A stretch of 40,762 nucleotides of DNA from the NCBI GenBank assembly GCA_050742695.1, contig JBOIGK010000800.1, forward strand, positions 1-40,762, written 5' to 3'. Positions 35,881 through 40,762 of this stretch are shown one piece after another. The DNA comes from Advenella sp. (GTDB lineage: Bacteria > Pseudomonadota > Gammaproteobacteria > Burkholderiales > Burkholderiaceae_B). Position numbers and translations under genes: made by a program. Below the pieces are notes generated by a model. It ran no database searches, was not told where the DNA came from, and worked only from the letters and a program-made list of their open reading frames with translations. How positions within the stretch are numbered: the first letter of the stretch is position 1; every line of letters begins with the position of its first letter.

Positions 35881-37787
35881 TGGCGGATATCTTCGATTTA
35901 GCACCGGAAGGGCAGGCGTGGACTGACAACCTGTCAGATGGAAAATCAGCACGCCCTGAAGATTACGATCCTACGTTCTTTGCCGGTTCACTGTCTGCAT
36001 TCCCACGTGGCGCAGCCGAGGGGACGATCGGCCTTGGTCAGACAGCACTGACGTTTGCAAATCAAATGGTCGATTCCCAAATCGCTGCATACTCCCCGGC
36101 ACCGAACGTCAACCTGCTGAAGCTTGCTTATCCCGGTGCTGACCAGGCAATGAATGACGCCTATGACAGCACAGCCAAATCCCTTGAGGCTGCGCGGCAA
36201 TACATCAAGCCCGATGGAACAACTCAGGGTACCGCGGCGCAGGTTCTTAATGGCCTCGGGCAGTTTGTTCCAGCGATCGGCGCGACGGTGGTCGGCGGTC
36301 CAGTTACGGGTGGTGCGATTGCCTTTGGCAGCAGCTTCGAGCCAACACGGCAGGACTTTTTGAAGAAGGGTGTAAATCCTGAAACAGCCACAACACTGGC
36401 GACTGAGCAGGCCGCATTCAACGCCTTTGGCATGGCGTTACCGGCTGCCGCTGGCGGTAGGTTGGCAACCAGGCTTTTATCTGGTGTAGGGATCAACACC
36501 TCCTTTGGCGGCCTGAATCGTTTTGCTATGGGGGAGACGCTGGAAGAAAACGGCTATTCAGACATGGCGAAACAGTATCGCGTTTGGGACGGACAGGCGA
36601 TCGCCGTGGATGCTGTTCTGGGTGCTTCGTTCGGCGGCCTCCATCACTGGACTGCTACGCGAAACGCAGCGCCAGAGGTGACACCAGAAACCCAGTCAGC
36701 ACCAGCAACAATTCCCGATGATGGCACCACAGTGCAGCCTGAGCCGGTTGCGTCAGCAGGTAATGAGTCTGCGGCGCCTGTTGCGGATGTGGCCCCTGTT
36801 GAAAGCGCGCCCGCGCCAACTTACGAATCTCGGGTGACTGAACTACAAGGCTTAGCTGATAACCTTTTGCCAGTCGGTGAGAGAAAGTCTCTGTCGTCGG
36901 AAATACATGATCTTCAATACCAGCATGATCAGGCTGCCCAGCAATTACAGCAGATCAAAGATGCGCCGATCACCGGCAGCGGAAAGGCACTGTCAACTGC
37001 CCGCGCTCAGCGCTCCGCATCAGTCGCAGAACTTGATGCGCAGGTAACTGACCTGCGCCAGCAAATAGAAACTAAATCAGCAACGCTGGCAGACAGCAGC
37101 AGGGGCGGGAGATTTTTCGAGGCTAAAGCAGATTTATCGCGCATTGAGCAGGGCATCATTCCTGAAAGCCTCCGTGATGTTGTTGATCAGACACCAATTA
37201 AACCGAGCGATGTTGATGCCGCCCATGTACTTAATGAAGGGTTGCACTATGACATCGAGTCATCTCCGGTGATCCATGCCTCAAACGAAAGCGTTAATGC
37301 TCACGTTTCCGCAATGGATGCTGCTACCCGCAGCCTGATGAATGGTGAGCCCGTTAACATCTCACAGCAGATCAGAGGGCTTGATGGATTGGTTCGTCCT
37401 GAAACAGAGGTGACAGGTATTACAATGCGCGATGCGATGGAGGCTGATATCCGGGATGCCGGACTTTCCACAACACCTGCTCGAATTGACGCTGATGCGT
37501 CGCCAAAGGCTTTGCGAGATGGCAGCGCATTCTCTTCTGGCCGTGAAGAGTCTGGCGCGGTAAGCACAGACCCTTACACCGGAGAAGTCATTTCAGGCAA
37601 CAGCTTCGATCTGATGGCCGCACGTGACCTGGCTGCTGATGCCGAAACAAAAATACTTCATCCCGACACCGGCCAAGAGGTTACCCTATCTCAGGCGCTG
37701 GCTGATTTGGATGAACAGATTGCCACCGCTCAGAAAGAATCGAATGTTTATTCTGTGGCCGCCGCCTGCTTCTTAAGGAATCCATAA
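35880..37787 (+). CDS. Ejection/core protein
   Basis: 635 aa with Gly/Ala hydrophobic segments; position in operon. Confidence 0.75.
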   Translation: MADIFDLAPEGQAWTDNLSDGKSARPEDYDPTFFAGSLSAFPRGAAEGTIGLGQTALTFANQMVDSQIAAYSPAPNVNLLKLAYPGADQAMNDAYDSTAKSLEAARQYIKPDGTTQGTAAQVLNGLGQFVPAIGATVVGGPVTGGAIAFGSSFEPTRQDFLKKGVNPETATTLATEQAAFNAFGMALPAAAGGRLATRLLSGVGINTSFGGLNRFAMGETLEENGYSDMAKQYRVWDGQAIAVDAVLGASFGGLHHWTATRNAAPEVTPETQSAPATIPDDGTTVQPEPVASAGNESAAPVADVAPVESAPAPTYESRVTELQGLADNLLPVGERKSLSSEIHDLQYQHDQAAQQLQQIKDAPITGSGKALSTARAQRSASVAELDAQVTDLRQQIETKSATLADSSRGGRFFEAKADLSRIEQGIIPESLRDVVDQTPIKPSDVDAAHVLNEGLHYDIESSPVIHASNESVNAHVSAMDAATRSLMNGEPVNISQQIRGLDGLVRPETEVTGITMRDAMEADIRDAGLSTTPARIDADASPKALRDGSAFSSGREESGAVSTDPYTGEVISGNSFDLMAARDLAADAETKILHPDTGQEVTLSQALADLDEQIATAQKESNVYSVAAACFLRNP

Positions 37788-40552
37788 TGAAATCAGCCTG
37801 TATTGATGCGATCGCTAACACACTCGGGCGCCTGCCAAAATCTGATGAAATTAAAAACATTGAAGACCGCATTAAGGATGCCGTGCGGCAGGTCAGCCGC
37901 AATAACGCGAAGGCAGGTAAATCTGGTATTCCTGATGGGCAGACATACAGAGAAGCTGCTGATCTGGCGGCTCAGCGTGTTGTGCATGAGGTTTATAAAA
38001 AGCGCCAGCGTCTGGCACAGAACGCCATAGCCATCACGAACATCACGAAAAAGCTAAATGAAAGCTTTCCGGCCAGTGATCAAACTCCAGAGAACCTGTC
38101 CCAGTTCATCTTCGCCGGACGGAAAACGTGGAACGGGAAAGAATTAGACATCACCTCTGCTGAAGAACTGGCAACTGGTGCTTATCAGGACTGGAGCCGC
38201 CAACTTAGTGCAGAGATGACGGCAGCGGGACCGGAAGTACAGAAGTTTTTCCAACAGTCTCAGTCTCTGGGTGCGCAGCGTTTTCGCAACCCGTTTGACC
38301 AGGCTGTTGCCAAATCCAGCCAGTTGCATTTGCTGAAAGAAATTTATGGCGAAGACACCGGTAACGCGCCGGCCAAGAAAATCGCCAAGATTTGGAACGA
38401 CGTCACCAGCCGTTCGCGTCAGGAAATGAACGACAATGGTTTTGATATTGGCCTGCGTGATGACTGGAACCTGCCATACGTTGATGATGCTGACCTTATC
38501 CGCGCAGCCGGACGTGATGAGTGGCTCGCTACTTTGCCAGTAGCAGAGCGCGCTGCTGCACGCGTCTCTGGTCGCATGCCGCCAGCTGAGTTTGCCCGCC
38601 GCAAATGGATTGATGATGTTTACGACACACAGGATCGCACACAGTACGTGAATCAGGACGGTTCACCAATGAACGATGCTGAATACCGCGATGCGCTGGC
38701 TGCCATTTACGAAACCAAGTCTACGGATGGTGCCAACAAAATTGAGCCTGGCGCGCACATGGGTAGCGGCGTGATTAAAAACCGTGGTTCGCAAAGCCGC
38801 GTCATGGCGTTTAAAGATGCCACCAGCCATTTCAATTACATGGAGCGCTACACTGGGCAGCCAGTAGTGGGTGTGATGTTGTCTCACCTGCAATCAGCTT
38901 CGCGTGATCTGGGCGTAGTAAAAGCATTCGGTCCGGATAGCGCCACCAACTTTAAATTGATAGCCGATCGCCTTTATAGCAAATCAGTTTCCAGTGAGGG
39001 TGGCGGTAAGCCAGTATCTGATATGCAGGCGCAGCGTAATATGGTTGAGCGCATGTTCAACTCAATGGCTGGCCTGAATGGGGTGCAGAACTCCGGCGTA
39101 TTCTCTTCGGCCATTGGCGGCCTGCGTAACCTGATGACCTCTGCCATGCTTGGTACTTCAGTTTGGACGGCAGCCAGCGATCAGGGGATTATGCGCGCCA
39201 ACGCGATGGCATTGGGTTTTGACCGCAAAGGGATGCGCCTGTCGGCCAGCACCATCAAGTTACTGTTCAGTGGTGATGCAAAGCGTGCTGCTGCTGACCT
39301 TGGTCTGCTGGTGGACTCGCACGCGGCTGTCGTTAGCAAGATGGGCGGTTTCGACCTGTCTCGTGGCATCACCGGCTGGTTCGCTGAGAAAACCCTGAAG
39401 TGGTCAGGACTTATTGCAATGGACCGGGCAAACAAAGCCTCATTCGGTTTGCTGATGTATAAAAACATTGGTGACATGTCACGTAAATATCCAACGCTGG
39501 ATTCTCTGAAGGCGTCTGACAAGACGGTGCTCGCGAATAAGGGCTGGACTCAGGAAGACTGGGCGATCATGAATGCCGCAGAACTGCGACCGCTCAATAC
39601 CAGCGGCGCAATGGGCATGACGCCTGACGGTATTTACGCCGTCCCTGAAGCCAAGGTGCGTGAAATTCTGGCTGACCGCATAGACAGCATCCGCGCCGGT
39701 GCCAAAAACGCACTGGCAGAAATGGGCGAAATGCCGGATACGCGCCGCAAAGCATTGTCAGTAGCTTTCGATGCAGAGGCAGAGCAGACCATCAACCGGC
39801 TGGTCAGAAACGCCAAGGCAGAAGCCGCTCAGAAGCTGCTGGGCATTACTCACGGCGAAATGACCAGCGCAGTCACCACGGCCACAGGCATCGATACGTT
39901 TGAGCGCGAGACGGCTGGGGAATTGCTTAAGTCAGCAATGCTTTTCAAAACCACGCCTTTCGCAGGCTTCCGTCAGTTGGTCACCCGATCACGGGATCTG
40001 GATACGGTGCCTGCCATTAAATTCCTCGCTGCTTACATCGGGGGAACGACCATCGCCGGGATGTTTGCAAATCAGATGAACGCTCTGCTAACCGGTAATG
40101 ACCCGATCGATATGACGACGGGGAAATCATGGATTCAGGCTTTACTGAAAGGGGGGTCATTCGGCATCTATGGTGATTTCCTGTTCCAAGACCACACGCA
40201 ATATGGCTCGAGTATCGCGGCAACGCTGGGTGGCCCTGTTCTCGGTTTTGCTGAGCAGTTGATGAAACTGGCAATCACGAACCCGCAGAAGGCGCTGATG
40301 GGGGAAGAAACATCATTTGGTGCTGATGCCATTAACACTGCTCGCATGGTGATCCCATTTGCAAACCTGTGGTATACCAAGGCCGCATTCAACCACCTTA
40401 TTTTGCAACAACTGCAAGAAATGGCGAACCCTGGTTATAATGACCGGGCAAAAGACAGGGCAGAACGTCAATATGACGTAACCAGTTGGTGGGAGCCTGG
40501 GGATACTTCTCCGCGCAGAGCGCCTGATTTAGGAAAGGCGGTAGGGGAATGA
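37787..40552 (+). CDS. Large ejection/core protein
   Basis: 921 aa; C-terminal GG.FGIYGDFL, PFANLWY.KAA, NPGY motifs. Confidence 0.8.
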   Translation: MKSACIDAIANTLGRLPKSDEIKNIEDRIKDAVRQVSRNNAKAGKSGIPDGQTYREAADLAAQRVVHEVYKKRQRLAQNAIAITNITKKLNESFPASDQTPENLSQFIFAGRKTWNGKELDITSAEELATGAYQDWSRQLSAEMTAAGPEVQKFFQQSQSLGAQRFRNPFDQAVAKSSQLHLLKEIYGEDTGNAPAKKIAKIWNDVTSRSRQEMNDNGFDIGLRDDWNLPYVDDADLIRAAGRDEWLATLPVAERAAARVSGRMPPAEFARRKWIDDVYDTQDRTQYVNQDGSPMNDAEYRDALAAIYETKSTDGANKIEPGAHMGSGVIKNRGSQSRVMAFKDATSHFNYMERYTGQPVVGVMLSHLQSASRDLGVVKAFGPDSATNFKLIADRLYSKSVSSEGGGKPVSDMQAQRNMVERMFNSMAGLNGVQNSGVFSSAIGGLRNLMTSAMLGTSVWTAASDQGIMRANAMALGFDRKGMRLSASTIKLLFSGDAKRAAADLGLLVDSHAAVVSKMGGFDLSRGITGWFAEKTLKWSGLIAMDRANKASFGLLMYKNIGDMSRKYPTLDSLKASDKTVLANKGWTQEDWAIMNAAELRPLNTSGAMGMTPDGIYAVPEAKVREILADRIDSIRAGAKNALAEMGEMPDTRRKALSVAFDAEAEQTINRLVRNAKAEAAQKLLGITHGEMTSAVTTATGIDTFERETAGELLKSAMLFKTTPFAGFRQLVTRSRDLDTVPAIKFLAAYIGGTTIAGMFANQMNALLTGNDPIDMTTGKSWIQALLKGGSFGIYGDFLFQDHTQYGSSIAATLGGPVLGFAEQLMKLAITNPQKALMGEETSFGADAINTARMVIPFANLWYTKAAFNHLILQQLQEMANPGYNDRAKDRAERQYDVTSWWEPGDTSPRRAPDLGKAVGE

Positions 40553-40722
40553 TTGAACATTTACTGATTATGGCTGCGTGGTTTATCTGCGTTGTGGCAG
40601 CCGCGACGATCATCATCTGGCTGTTGATAAAACTGGCATCCGTTGGCACAAGATGCAGAATTTTAGCAGCAATAATTGCATTCGTTATTGTTGCCAACCT
40701 CGCAGTTTACGCATTTTCATAG
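40549..40722 (+). CDS. 57-aa two-TM membrane protein (below ORF-track cutoff)
   Basis: MIEHLLIMAAWFICVVAAATIIIWLLIKLASVGTRCRILAAIIAFVIVANLAVYAFS; ATGA overlap; terminator follows. Confidence 0.6.
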   Translation: MIEHLLIMAAWFICVVAAATIIIWLLIKLASVGTRCRILAAIIAFVIVANLAVYAFS

Positions 40723-40762
40723 CCCCATCCGTGGGGCTTTTTCATTAACGAATCCCTTTACC
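40636..40762. repeat. Terminal direct repeat, second copy
   Basis: Identical to 1-127. Confidence 0.9.

Noticed and set aside
1..40762. CRISPR array, tRNA, diversity-generating retroelement, IS or intron
   Set aside because: No repeat-spacer array, cloverleaf, reverse transcriptase or transposase was seen by eye; no search tools were run

Overview
The window is a complete circular temperate phage genome of about 40,635 bp. Bases 1-127 repeat exactly at 40636-40762, which fits an assembly overlap, and no host DNA is visible. Gene content and order match epsilon15/SPC32H-like podoviruses of Enterobacterales. The modules are a LexA-controlled antirepressor, tailspike, a low-GC acetyltransferase moron, a four-gene lysis cassette, attP plus integrase, and a leftward early operon (RecE/RecT, AlpA-like, ASCH, DGQHR/DndB-like, MT-A70 methylase). 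These are followed by rep/cro, replication genes, terminase, and head, tail and ejection genes. A palindrome, TTACC-N5-GGTAA, recurs at promoter regions across the genome and is probably the repressor operator. The most unusual feature is a ~570-nt hairpin-rich, apparently non-coding leftward unit between terL and the portal (23080-23646), driven by an operator-overlapped TTGACA promoter. It ends in a 19-nt stretch identical, from memory, to the 3' seed of the enterobacterial sRNA RprA, followed by a terminator. Its last ~120 nt are complementary to the 5' regions of both genes of the distant antirepressor locus. This suggests an undescribed phage trans-acting sRNA circuit. All family assignments come from motif recognition and recalled homologues, not from database searches.
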